Assembly (NCBI GenBank): GCA_963682135.1
Contig: OY821645.1
Location: 1,184,001-1,248,000 of the forward strand
Reading direction: 5' to 3'
DNA: 64,000 bases
DNA from: Methanothrix sp.
Lineage (GTDB): Archaea > Halobacteriota > Methanosarcinia > Methanotrichales > Methanotrichaceae
The notes under the pieces are model-generated. The model saw only the letters and a list, made by a program, of their open reading frames with translations. It did not search any database and was not told the DNA's origin. Position 1 is the stretch's first letter. Each line of letters starts with the position of its first letter. The position numbers and the translations under genes were made by a program. This document shows, one piece after another, positions 10,095-19,795 of the stretch.

Positions 10095-11246
10095 CTACTC
10101 AACCTTGACGGTCTTATCGAACTCATCCTTTCCAAGGTATTGGGGATTATATTGAAATCCCTGATCCTTAAGGGCGGTGACATAGGAACGCAGATGCTTT
10201 TGGGACCCGGCGAGCAATCCCCGGTACATAGCTTTGACATCCTCAGCATGCGTAGCGTCCAGCTCTTTCTCTAGATCCATAATGCTAATCTCCTCGAAGG
10301 TGGCCGCCTCCTTAAGAGCATCCTGATCGGACGAGAGTCCTTTCGCCAGAAGCTCGTTGTGAATCTTCTGCAAGGTCTGATTCTGGAATACTCCTCGCCC
10401 ATCCTTTCCGGGAATGGTAAGAGCGTATTTGTCTATGATAGCTCTGGCCTGGTCCATGTGGCTTTGCTCCGATCTAGCCAGGTCCAGGAAAATGGATAGG
10501 CCGTTTTTCTCATAAAGGGAAGTGTATAGGTCGCGAGCTGTCTTTTCTTCCTCCCAGATGAAGATCAATCCCTCTTTCTCGCGAGTGCTTAGTACTGCGG
10601 CTGCGGTGACAGGTGGCATAGTCTGCTCGCCTGTCAGGGTAATGATTCCCTCGCCAAAGGCCACATTGTGCTTGAAGCTGAGATCAGGATTGTTGGACAG
10701 CGCCCAGATTATGGATATCGCCTGGCCAGGCGTGAAAGCCTTATCGAACTTGTCTCCCGTATTCAGCTTTCTCTTCAGCTCGAAGATGGTGCGACCTGCC
10801 TCTTTTCTGCCGGCAAATTCCTTAACGTCATCTGTGCCTCCCAGCATGGTATCTTCGACGTGCGGACCGTAGTTGCCGGTGCAATACTCGTCTACCGCCA
10901 CCACCCTGCCTGATTGCACTGAGGCCACGATTATGTCGGAGTTCTTCATCCATTCCAATGGCTCAAAGCCTATGGCCATCCAGCCGTCTGTGCTGCCGTT
11001 AAGGCCCAGGTAGAGATATTCTTGATCGTTCTTCCAGGAGATCTCCATATTCCCGCCGCTGTAGCCCTGCCTGGCCGGACTTTGCAGAACCATGCTGCGA
11101 GAGTATTCGCTATCACCCACGATGCCATCAGCTTTCCACTCCTCAGTGGCTGCCTTCTCTGCCACTACCGGAGCTTCTTTGGGCTGAATGCAACCGGAAG
11201 AGAAGAGCAGCAGACCTATAATCAAGGTGACATAAATTGGCTTCAT
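10095..11246 (-). CDS. lipoprotein with DOMON-like domain and C-terminal ferritin-like DUF2202 domain
   Basis: Lipobox SSGC; GWMAIGF...SDII; EEEKTARDLY, SEQSHM, GSQKHLRSY. Confidence 0.8.
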   Translation of the reverse strand: MKPIYVTLIIGLLLFSSGCIQPKEAPVVAEKAATEEWKADGIVGDSEYSRSMVLQSPARQGYSGGNMEISWKNDQEYLYLGLNGSTDGWMAIGFEPLEWMKNSDIIVASVQSGRVVAVDEYCTGNYGPHVEDTMLGGTDDVKEFAGRKEAGRTIFELKRKLNTGDKFDKAFTPGQAISIIWALSNNPDLSFKHNVAFGEGIITLTGEQTMPPVTAAAVLSTREKEGLIFIWEEEKTARDLYTSLYEKNGLSIFLDLARSEQSHMDQARAIIDKYALTIPGKDGRGVFQNQTLQKIHNELLAKGLSSDQDALKEAATFEEISIMDLEKELDATHAEDVKAMYRGLLAGSQKHLRSYVTALKDQGFQYNPQYLGKDEFDKTVKVE

Positions 11247-11407
11247 GATGGTTATATTGGACTGGCGAATATATCAGATTATCGAATAAGTTGTTATTAC
11301 TATAGTCAACAGAGCGCATCAAGGGCTTTATGCTCTATTATTAGAAAATTAATTGCAAAACTATTTAGCTTAGCAGGTGATTATTAAGTGCACTCTGCAG
11401 AGGATGT

Positions 11408-11881
11408 ATGCCTGTTAAAACATGGGAAGAAGCGCATGTATTGGTCAAAGATTGGCTTATTAGCAGAAGCTTTTCAATATTAGTCGAAGATATCGACAAA
11501 GACGACATCAATTTCCAATTTGAGAGCAAAAACAGTTCAGGAATTGGATTTGCAGTAATCCAAACGAAAAAACTTCCTAGGTCTTTAATAATAGTATCAA
11601 AATTGAATTTCCATCAAAGACATCAAGAACGTCTTGACTCAATGAGCGATAAAGAACGCGAAGAAATCTACTGGAATCTTCGAAGGGATTTTATATTTAT
11701 TCCCGCAACATTTATGTTTATGCCTGCAAAATCACCTAACGCCATACAATTCTCAAAGGAAATCTCCTTCGATGAACTCACCGAAGGTAGGCTCACTGAA
11801 TCACTGGATCAGGTCCTGCGGGGCGCGGTATGGGTTATCTGGGTATTTGGAAGAATATTTGATGAGGCGATACATACATGA
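11408..11881 (+). CDS. DUF2299-like hypothetical protein
   Basis: VKDWL N-terminus, KEISFDELT; AT-rich; ATGA overlap with the next gene. Confidence 0.6.
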   Translation: MPVKTWEEAHVLVKDWLISRSFSILVEDIDKDDINFQFESKNSSGIGFAVIQTKKLPRSLIIVSKLNFHQRHQERLDSMSDKEREEIYWNLRRDFIFIPATFMFMPAKSPNAIQFSKEISFDELTEGRLTESLDQVLRGAVWVIWVFGRIFDEAIHT

Positions 11882-12186
11882 GTGAGTCCACAACTGAGCA
11901 AACCTCCGATATTGGAATCGGACCTTTTCAAATGAATGTAGGAATTTCAAGTTATAGCCCGAGTCAGTTATGGTTCACTCAGGAATATCCTCAACCAAAA
12001 ACATCGAATTTTTCAAATTTTGATATTAGTAATATCATGAGCGATCCGTATGAATCGTCATCGCTTGTAGATTTCTTATGTCCTGATTTCTTTGTTAGAA
12101 TGCCATACCGAAAAAAAACCACAATAAACGCAAAGATAAATAGTATAACCAGAGGATTTCCAAGATTTCCTGATTTCGAGGATTGA
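11878..12186 (+). CDS. small acidic hypothetical protein
   Basis: Overlaps both neighbours (translational coupling). Confidence 0.6.
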   Translation: MSESTTEQTSDIGIGPFQMNVGISSYSPSQLWFTQEYPQPKTSNFSNFDISNIMSDPYESSSLVDFLCPDFFVRMPYRKKTTINAKINSITRGFPRFPDFED

Positions 12187-12752
12187 TGTCAGAAGATGAA
12201 ACGTGGTACCAATGTATAAATGATAAAAATGTCCTCATGCAAGGTGATTTGATTTATGGTTGTCCTTATGTCATCCCTCCAAAAGATATATCAGTTGGCA
12301 CTGATAAAAATGTTGACATTATAGAATATAATATAATGATATTAACTCAGTCGTGTGATCTGGAAAAAAATAATCTTGATCACGTTCTGGTTTGCCCATT
12401 CTGGACTTTAGATGAGATCGAAGAGATCTATCCACAATTAAAAGATAATAATTTAAAAGAATCAACAAAAAGGGGATATCAACCCGCCTGGCTCTTGTTG
12501 GACAAGCTTGATGATGATTACTTGATTGTAGATTTTCGATACGCGTATAGCGTTCCTATGGATACATTAAAAATCCTGATAGATAGAAATCCAATTAGGT
12601 GGAGGCTAATTTCGCCGTACAGAGAATATTTATCCCAGGAATTTGCGAAGTTCTTCATGAGAGTTGGATTACCTAAAGGCATCCCACATTTTTCTAAGTT
12701 TAAGATCGATTACTGTCGTAAGTGCCCTGTGCAGCACACTGTTAGAGAGTAG
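12183..12752 (+). CDS. conserved hypothetical protein (QGD...LTQSCDL...RVGLP family), possible toxin
   Basis: Motifs QGDL, ILTQSCDL, VLVCP, IVDF, SPYREYLSQEFAKFFMRVGLP. Confidence 0.7.
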   Translation: MMSEDETWYQCINDKNVLMQGDLIYGCPYVIPPKDISVGTDKNVDIIEYNIMILTQSCDLEKNNLDHVLVCPFWTLDEIEEIYPQLKDNNLKESTKRGYQPAWLLLDKLDDDYLIVDFRYAYSVPMDTLKILIDRNPIRWRLISPYREYLSQEFAKFFMRVGLPKGIPHFSKFKIDYCRKCPVQHTVRE

Positions 12753-13027
12753 AATCCCTACTTTAGTCCATCGATGCGAAATCGGATTTTTCAACAGCAA
12801 CTGTTCCGGAGCCAATGCCACCTACTATTGATATTGATCTAATCTCATGGTAGGCTTGGATCGCGAAGATATCAAGGTCCTGCCCAAGGAGATCATCATC
12901 GCGGCTGGCGTGCAAGTGATGATTGTATTGCTGCCAGGATTCAAACCATATCAGACTTTAGCCAGGCGGAGGTATTGACATGCGCCGACCTGGATAAAAT
13001 GCCAGCAAAGACCATAAGCATTAGGTT

Positions 13028-14206
13028 TCAATTCGATGCCAGCTTCCTGACAAGCGGCATGATGGCCGGTCTTGTTCCTTTCGCGGGCGAGGCCTGTCCC
13101 ATACCCATCTCCAGACCCATGGAGCTCATCATCTCCTGGTTGAAGCGCTCAGCAATCTCATCGAAGATCCGCTTGTATGCCGGGCAATGGGGGTCAACGC
13201 CTTTTATCTCGCCGTTCGTGGGGGCTATGGCATTGTAGGGACAGCCTCCCCGGCAGTAGCGAATGTGCTTGCAGCCCTTGCATTCCCGATCCACATACTC
13301 CTTGAAGGCGCGCATGCGCACTCCTGCAGGCGACTCTGCCAGCTCCTTCTGGCTGGGGCGATCCCTCACATGGCCCATGACATATTCGGGCATTCCTACG
13401 AAGCGATAGCAAGGATAGATGCTGCCGTCCGGGCCCACGGCAAAGGTGTTCTCCATGCAGTCTACAAAAGTGCAGACCGTGCCCCGTCCGGTAAAGACAC
13501 ACCGGGCATAGTCGTTGATGTTTCGTACCTCTATGCGGCTCATGTTTTCCAGGTACTTGTCCAGCAAATAGACCAGAAGCTCGCCGTACTTTTCCGGAGA
13601 TAGTGCCCATTTGTCAGGCTCGTCGCTTCGCAGTGACGGGAGTGCGGGATGCAGCTTGAGGGTAAGATTATTTTCCAGGAAGAAATTAAAGATATCTTCT
13701 TTGAATTGCTCGGAGTAGGAGGTAAATGTGCATATGAACTGCACCTGCAGGCCATGCTCTTTTGCCAGTTCATAACCTCGCATGGTCCTCTCGTAGTAGC
13801 CCTCTGATCTTTGCAGGTCGTTTAGCTCCTGAGGCCCGTCCAAGCTGGAACCGATGGGGATACGATACTGCGCCAGGACATCGGCCAGCTCAGGAGTCAG
13901 TTTCCAGAGGTTGGTTTGCAGAGCAAAGTTGGGCTCTAAATGCGTCAACTCGTCGGTGAGCAGAGGTAGAGCCTGCCTGTAGAAATCGGCCCCGGCCAGG
14001 AGGGGTTCGCCCCCATGAAATGTGAATGTGACCGGATCGATGCGAAAGTCCTTTAGCCAGGCCACGGTTTCCTTAACAGTCTCTATGCTCATTACGGGTG
14101 AGCCAACCTCCGAGCTCCAGCAGTAGGCGCACTTGGATGGACAGCCCAGGGTGGGGATGATCATGACGTGAAAAGGCCTCTTTTGTCTCAACTTTTGTCT
14201 CATCAT
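13028..14206 (-). CDS. radical SAM/SPASM peptide-modifying enzyme (TIGR04083-like)
   Basis: CPSKCAYC, FHGGEPLL, SSLDGP, SPASM cysteines CKGCKHIRYCRGGCPY. Confidence 0.88.
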   Translation of the reverse strand: MMRQKLRQKRPFHVMIIPTLGCPSKCAYCWSSEVGSPVMSIETVKETVAWLKDFRIDPVTFTFHGGEPLLAGADFYRQALPLLTDELTHLEPNFALQTNLWKLTPELADVLAQYRIPIGSSLDGPQELNDLQRSEGYYERTMRGYELAKEHGLQVQFICTFTSYSEQFKEDIFNFFLENNLTLKLHPALPSLRSDEPDKWALSPEKYGELLVYLLDKYLENMSRIEVRNINDYARCVFTGRGTVCTFVDCMENTFAVGPDGSIYPCYRFVGMPEYVMGHVRDRPSQKELAESPAGVRMRAFKEYVDRECKGCKHIRYCRGGCPYNAIAPTNGEIKGVDPHCPAYKRIFDEIAERFNQEMMSSMGLEMGMGQASPAKGTRPAIMPLVRKLASN

Positions 14207-14273
14207 TTCTTTGCCCTTCTACCAATTTTTATTCGTCAATCTCGAATGCGAAGCGTATTATTTAATCTATTCT

Positions 14274-15002
14274 CTATTCCTTAGTTATCTTCTCCGGGCC
14301 AACTCTGGCACGCCGCAGTGGTGGCAGCTCTTTCCATAATGCCATCTCCTCGCCCCGTATGACCAGAGCGCCATCGATGCCCGGATGATCAATCGCTTGG
14401 AAGCACTCTTGCAAAGGCCCATCTGCCGTTACCGCATTTCCCAGAGCTGTGGCCGCGGCGTCTGCCAGAGCCACATCATCCGATATTACTACTGCAGCAT
14501 CAGCAAAGCCAAAGGAGATGGATGGGCCCACGCTGCCTGAGCTGGTGCAGATGCCCAAAGGCCTCTTTCGCGCAGCGAGTTCGAAGGCCAGGTTTTGGAT
14601 GGGCGAGCTGCCCGCATATATTCCTGCTACTATGGGTTGATCATTCAGAATGCAGATGTCTCCGCCGTTATCCACCATGGCATAGGTTGCTCCTTCATCC
14701 ATCATGGCCTGTACGGCAAATCCGGCAATAGCGCCAGCTACTGCCGCCATGGGGCCTATGCGAAAGACGGCGCTTCTCTCTATCATCTGCTTGACGATTT
14801 GCGGGGCGTTATCCGCCGCCAGGTCGTAAGGCTCCAGAGTTATCTGAAAAAAAGGGTCCTTTCGTATAAAATCCTCCAGATAGCAGCGCTGCTCTCGTAT
14901 GGATTGCCTGGCCGCATCGATGTGCTTCTCCTCTCTGGCGAAGATGGTGACAATGGTCTCTTTTAGCTGGAAATGCTCCCGCATAATTTCAAGCATGGCC
15001 AC
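14274..15002 (-). CDS. UPF0280 / ApbE-like protein
   Basis: GPMAAVAGAIA, DNGGDI, ICTSSGSVGPSISFG, ADAAATALGN. Confidence 0.92.
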   Translation of the reverse strand: MAMLEIMREHFQLKETIVTIFAREEKHIDAARQSIREQRCYLEDFIRKDPFFQITLEPYDLAADNAPQIVKQMIERSAVFRIGPMAAVAGAIAGFAVQAMMDEGATYAMVDNGGDICILNDQPIVAGIYAGSSPIQNLAFELAARKRPLGICTSSGSVGPSISFGFADAAVVISDDVALADAAATALGNAVTADGPLQECFQAIDHPGIDGALVIRGEEMALWKELPPLRRARVGPEKITKE

Positions 15003-16253
15003 TCACAACCAGCGTGCTCCAGACAGACCCGCCCTGGCTATTGTCTCCTTCTTTGCTCGCAGCCGGACAATCAACTCATCTTCATAGCTTACCGACAACA
15101 GCTCAGCGGTCTCGTAGAGCCGGGAAAGCTCCGAGAGGCCCTGTGCTGTGTAAGGCAGAGTGAGTTTATACTCCTGCAATGGCAGCAGACGCTGAGAGAT
15201 GCACTCTTCCAGCACTCCCAGGCCCTGGCCGGTAACGGCCGAGGCAAAAACAGGATATGGGGCCAAATCCCGGATCAGCTCCACCAACTCCTCTGCCTTG
15301 CCCTCTTCCAGCCGGTCCGCCTTGTTCAGAACGGTCACTATGGGCGCAGAGACCTCGCAGTCCCAGAGTGCTTTGTGCGAGGCCGCCAATTTACGTCGCA
15401 ACAATTCCGGCGGATCGCTACCGTCCGCTACGAGAAGCACCAGATCCGCCTCAGATATCTCAGAAAGAGTGGACCTGAAGGCCTTTATGAGGAAGTGGGG
15501 CAGATCGTCAATGAAGCCGACGGTATCTGTGAGGAGGACCTTTCTGCCCATAACCTCCCGCGCCCGGGTAGTGGGCGAAAGAGTAGTAAAAGGCTGGTCC
15601 TTGGCTTCTACCTTAGAACCGGTGAGGGCGTTGAGCAACGTAGACTTGCCGGCGTTGGTATAGCCGGCCAGGGCCACCAGATCAAAGCCCTGCTCTCTGC
15701 GCCGCTGCCGTCTATCCTCGCCCATGTTCTCCACATTTGCGAGCTCAGTGCGGATCTTGGCCATTCTTCCCCGGATGTCGTGGTACATGGACTGCTCATA
15801 AGCTCCGGCGCCCCGAAATCCCGGCTGCTCGCCACGCTTTTTCAGGGCGAGGGCATTTTTTACCTGGGGGGCATCATAGCTGAGCTTTGCCAGTTCTACC
15901 TGCAGTTTTGCCTCTCGGGTGGAGGCACGGGTGGAAAAGATCTCTAAAATGAGGTTGAACCTGTCCAGCACCCTGGCAGAAAACTCGCTTGTGATATTGA
16001 ATACCTGGTTGGGGCTGAGTGCATTGTAGAAAATCAGTTTTTCCGGATGGTAGCTCAAGGCCTCTTCGATCTTTCCCCGTCCCATCTGGAAGCGAGAGTC
16101 CCGGCTCCTGCGCTGGAAAACCTCCGCTAAGACCCGATATCCGGCTGCTTGTGCCAGGCCGCGAAGCTCTATCATCTTATATGCATCTGGCGACTTGATC
16201 GGGTTTTCTCGCATTAGCAGGACGGCGGTCTTTTCTTCATTCATCACTTTCAA
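15003..16253 (-). CDS. hflX: GTPase HflX
   Basis: EAKLQVELA, GYTNAGKSTL, DTVGFI, NKAD. Confidence 0.95.
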   Translation of the reverse strand: MKVMNEEKTAVLLMRENPIKSPDAYKMIELRGLAQAAGYRVLAEVFQRRSRDSRFQMGRGKIEEALSYHPEKLIFYNALSPNQVFNITSEFSARVLDRFNLILEIFSTRASTREAKLQVELAKLSYDAPQVKNALALKKRGEQPGFRGAGAYEQSMYHDIRGRMAKIRTELANVENMGEDRRQRRREQGFDLVALAGYTNAGKSTLLNALTGSKVEAKDQPFTTLSPTTRAREVMGRKVLLTDTVGFIDDLPHFLIKAFRSTLSEISEADLVLLVADGSDPPELLRRKLAASHKALWDCEVSAPIVTVLNKADRLEEGKAEELVELIRDLAPYPVFASAVTGQGLGVLEECISQRLLPLQEYKLTLPYTAQGLSELSRLYETAELLSVSYEDELIVRLRAKKETIARAGLSGARWL

Positions 16254-16265
16254 TCATCTCGTGCA

Positions 16266-16616
16266 TCAATGATAAGCCTTCGGCCTGCTACGGATATAAT
16301 GGGCCATCTCCACCGCCGTCCTTTCGGCTATGGTCTCAGGATACTTGAAGTCCCTGCCCAGGATGCTTTTCACCCTCCAGATCTCCATGTTGTAGAGGTC
16401 ACCGGATTCAGCGACGATTGTTCCGGGAAGGCACATGCACGCTTCGCTTAAGAAGTCGAGGATGACATTGAGGTCCAACGCCCTGGTAACACGAGGTATC
16501 TGCCTCACCGAGTAAATTTTTTCAACAAAATTGGGGGATATGCGGGCTGAGACAACGGCGCATACCATCTTGTATCTGCCGCTTTCAGCATGCCTGCCCG
16601 AGATATCAATTGCCAC
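16266..16616 (-). CDS. DUF2209-like archaeal protein
   Basis: AIDISGRH...MVCA motif. Confidence 0.75.
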   Translation of the reverse strand: MAIDISGRHAESGRYKMVCAVVSARISPNFVEKIYSVRQIPRVTRALDLNVILDFLSEACMCLPGTIVAESGDLYNMEIWRVKSILGRDFKYPETIAERTAVEMAHYIRSRPKAYH

Positions 16617-16629
16617 TATGTCTATTTAT

Positions 16630-17268
16630 TCAACCCCTTCTGATGATGGCATGCTGGTTTACTATTGCAGTAGCCTCTTGCTGAGTCAGGCCTGCGCCCA
16701 TAGCGATCTCAATAGCTCTCTTGCTGTTTATAAGATCCCGAGGAGAGTGGCTATCCGTGTCCACCACCATTTTAGCTCCTGCCAGCTTTGCCATGCGCAC
16801 CACATGGCCGTTGGTGATGTTGTGGCCAGAGCGAGATGTTATCTCCAGACAGACATTATTCTCGCGGGCAAGCTGTGCCTCTTCCTGGGTGATGAAGCCG
16901 GGGTGAGCCAATATGTCCACTCTTGCTTCAATCGCCGCCCTATTTGTGCCCGGCTGGACAGGCTCCACAGGCGTCTCGCCATGCACAACCACGATCTCAG
17001 CCCCCAGCTGGCGGGCCACTGCCGCCAACGGCCCGATCTTGGCTGGTGGAACATGAGTCAGTTCCACTCCCACCAGGACTTTGATATCCGATACCTCTTC
17101 GAAATATTTTATTTTAGAGACACAGGATAAGATGTGCTCTATATTTGTATAATCCGCATGATCGGTTATGCCGATGGCCGTGTATCCCAGAACCTGCGCC
17201 CTTCGCACCAGCTCGGAAGGAATGAGTTCGCCATCACTGAAAGTGGTATGTGTATGCAGATCGATCAT
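16630..17268 (-). CDS. PHP-domain phosphoesterase (histidinol-phosphatase-like family)
   Basis: DLHTHT, ITDH, VHGET, DILAHPG, DSH. Confidence 0.9.
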   Translation of the reverse strand: MIDLHTHTTFSDGELIPSELVRRAQVLGYTAIGITDHADYTNIEHILSCVSKIKYFEEVSDIKVLVGVELTHVPPAKIGPLAAVARQLGAEIVVVHGETPVEPVQPGTNRAAIEARVDILAHPGFITQEEAQLARENNVCLEITSRSGHNITNGHVVRMAKLAGAKMVVDTDSHSPRDLINSKRAIEIAMGAGLTQQEATAIVNQHAIIRRG

Positions 17269-17269
17269 A

Positions 17270-17572
17270 TTAGTGGCTCTTCTTCTTGTATTTTGCCTTC
17301 ATGGAGCCGGCAATTCTCTTCAAGACGGCGGATTTGGAAGCCTTCTTGGAAAGCAGTATCCTACCGGAAGCCTCTTCCAGGTGCCAGGTCTTGGGGTGCT
17401 TCTTCTCGCGTTCAATCTCCGGCTTGAAACCGGATTTCAGTGAGGCTGTGATCAACATATCCAGGTTCGGCTCATTGACGGCATCTTGACGGGAAACCAT
17501 TCTGCCTTCCGACCTGGTGCGAGCTATGTCGAAGTAGATCGGCCATATGACAAGTTTGTCCTTCTCGGGCAT
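17270..17572 (-). CDS. srp19: signal recognition particle 19 kDa protein
   Basis: VIWPIYFD..RTRSEGR, KKHPKTW..SGR. Confidence 0.93.
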   Translation of the reverse strand: MPEKDKLVIWPIYFDIARTRSEGRMVSRQDAVNEPNLDMLITASLKSGFKPEIEREKKHPKTWHLEEASGRILLSKKASKSAVLKRIAGSMKAKYKKKSH

Positions 17573-17664
17573 AGATCAGTTTAATTGCCGCATCATTAAT
17601 GTATTCTCCGGCACGAAAAGTCTTTTAGCCTTGTTCAGCCATTATTCATTGGAGCAATCAAATA

Positions 17665-18573
17665 ATGAGCGAAGAGACTTTTCCCGTTGCCAATGTCGGT
17701 GGAAAGGAAATTCCATATGACCCGGATCAGCTCAGACGGATCCAGGAGCACCCATGCTTCAGTGAGAAGGCTTGCCATGCCTTTGGCAGAATGCACCTGG
17801 CTGTGGCCCCCAAGTGCAACATCCAGTGCAAGTACTGCGTGCGGGACTTCGATTGTGTTAATGAGTCCCGACCAGGGGTGACTTCTCAAGTTCTCAAGCC
17901 AAAAGAAGCAATCGATCGCGTGGACGAGGTGCTGGAGAAGTATCACTACATCAAAGTAGTCGCGATAGCGGGGCCAGGTGAGCCTTTGGCCAATGAGGAG
18001 ACATTTGAGACTCTGCGCCTGGTGGGCGAGAAATATCCGGGGGTCATCCTCTGCCTCAGCACCAATGGACTGCTTCTGCCCGACAAGATCGAGGAGCTGG
18101 ACCGTTTGGGTGTCTCTAACATCACAGTTACAATGAATGCCATAGATCCCGAGATCGGCCAGCAGATCTACGACTATGTGACCTATCAGGGCAAGAGATA
18201 CGAAGGCCTGGAGGCGGCAACCATCCTGCGCGACCACCAGCTCAAAGGCATCGAAGAGGCACTTAAGCTGAAAAAGATTGTGAAGGTTAATACCGTTCTG
18301 ATTCCCGGCATCAACGACAAACATGTCTTCGACATCGCCCGCAAGATCAAGTCTATGGGCGTCTATATCCATAATGTCATGCCGCTCATTCCCCAGTACA
18401 AGTTCGCCCACATCAAGCCCCCCTCGCCTGAGGAGAAAAGAAAGATCCAGGAGGAGCTGGGCAAGATCATCAAGCAGATGAAGCATTGCCGGCAGTGCCG
18501 CTCCGATGCCATTGGCAAGCTGGGATGCGATGTGCAGCAGGAGTTTCAGAGCCGAACCAAGGAACAGGGATAG
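17665..18573 (+). CDS. nifB: stand-alone archaeal NifB-type radical SAM protein
   Basis: HPC, RMHLAVAPKCNIQCKYC, NESRPG, AGPGEPL, HCRQCRSDA. Confidence 0.92.
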   Translation: MSEETFPVANVGGKEIPYDPDQLRRIQEHPCFSEKACHAFGRMHLAVAPKCNIQCKYCVRDFDCVNESRPGVTSQVLKPKEAIDRVDEVLEKYHYIKVVAIAGPGEPLANEETFETLRLVGEKYPGVILCLSTNGLLLPDKIEELDRLGVSNITVTMNAIDPEIGQQIYDYVTYQGKRYEGLEAATILRDHQLKGIEEALKLKKIVKVNTVLIPGINDKHVFDIARKIKSMGVYIHNVMPLIPQYKFAHIKPPSPEEKRKIQEELGKIIKQMKHCRQCRSDAIGKLGCDVQQEFQSRTKEQG

Positions 18574-18736
18574 GCTTTTAGCTCAGTTCTTAGCTTTCCT
18601 TTTTCCGTCTTGCTTTTTATTATCATATGTTAATGTGGCTTATCAAGGCCTGATTTATCCTTCTGGAAGTTCGCCTCAATTAAAAATCATTAAATAGTAA
18701 CATCCAAGAGTTGATGACAATTGCAAAAAATGTTCG

Positions 18737-19180
18737 GTGGTTATGGGCATGAAAATAGTCTTGGTATGCATTCTTCTATTATTACCATGGATATGTGTGG
18801 ACTGTGTAAGCGCAGACACAATCTCTGCACAGATTGATTCGTTCGATTTCCCATCAGGGGACTGGTACCGAGGGTCCAATCAGGGAGGTGCCAATGTCTG
18901 GATAAAAAATACGGGTGATGTTGGCCATCTGTTTTGGGTCTCCTATGAAGTGATGGACAGAAGGGGCCAGTGGTACAGTGCGCCTCCTGAGTCGGTATAT
19001 GCCGAGCCTGGCGACAGCACCTATTTTGTCAACCCTGTCTGGCATATTCCTGATGATGCAGAGCTGGGCAGCTACCAGGCAGATTTTTACTTGTATAGTT
19101 ATTATGATAGCAATACCGGGGAGTTTTCTGAACAGCTGGATCAGGTTGACCTGGCTGGCGCATTTAGCGTCGTGGGGTGA
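18737..19180 (+). CDS. secreted hypothetical protein (Ig-like)
   Basis: Signal peptide followed by a beta-rich acidic domain. Confidence 0.65.
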   Translation: MVMGMKIVLVCILLLLPWICVDCVSADTISAQIDSFDFPSGDWYRGSNQGGANVWIKNTGDVGHLFWVSYEVMDRRGQWYSAPPESVYAEPGDSTYFVNPVWHIPDDAELGSYQADFYLYSYYDSNTGEFSEQLDQVDLAGAFSVVG

Positions 19181-19372
19181 GGAGATCGGAGGATAGGCAA
19201 ATATTTTTTTAGGCGTTGGCGTGTTGCTGATGAAGAATCGCGGCCTTGACTTCGTTAGTTTCAATTTTTAAAATGAATACCCCGCAGAGGGCTGCGGTTT
19301 GGATGGTCAGGAGTTCCTCCCATCTGCCCAACGTCACGAGCCTATTTATCTGTAAACCGCGAATAAAGGTCT

Positions 19373-19744
19373 ATGAAACAAATGGCTCTGCTTCTTGTCA
19401 TCTCCATGATCGCATGTAGCCCTGCCGTATTGGCCCAAGGCTGCGACTGGAGTGGCGCCTGGATCACCGGTTGGACCGGTCAAAGTGCTCCGAGTAATGT
19501 GAATATGAATCTTCGCGAGGTTTCGCCGAATACCTTTGCAGGAACTTATGAGCATGATGAAGGACAAATTGTTGATGCTACGGCGAACGGCAATGTGTTG
19601 AGCGGCACTTGGATTCAATCTGGTGGAGAGCATACAGGTGGTTTCGAGTTTCGCATGAGTGCAGATTGCAGCTCATTTGCAGGTACCTGGACTTCTGACG
19701 AAGCTGGTATCGGGGGTGGGGAATGGAATGGTCAGAGGCCGTAG
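19373..19744 (+). CDS. secreted small beta-barrel protein
   Basis: Signal peptide; repeated W-S/A-G-x-W motifs. Confidence 0.7.
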   Translation: MKQMALLLVISMIACSPAVLAQGCDWSGAWITGWTGQSAPSNVNMNLREVSPNTFAGTYEHDEGQIVDATANGNVLSGTWIQSGGEHTGGFEFRMSADCSSFAGTWTSDEAGIGGGEWNGQRP

Positions 19745-19795
19745 GTCTAATGCCCTCTGCTTAAAATTGATTTCTTTTTACAGGATGATGCGTAT

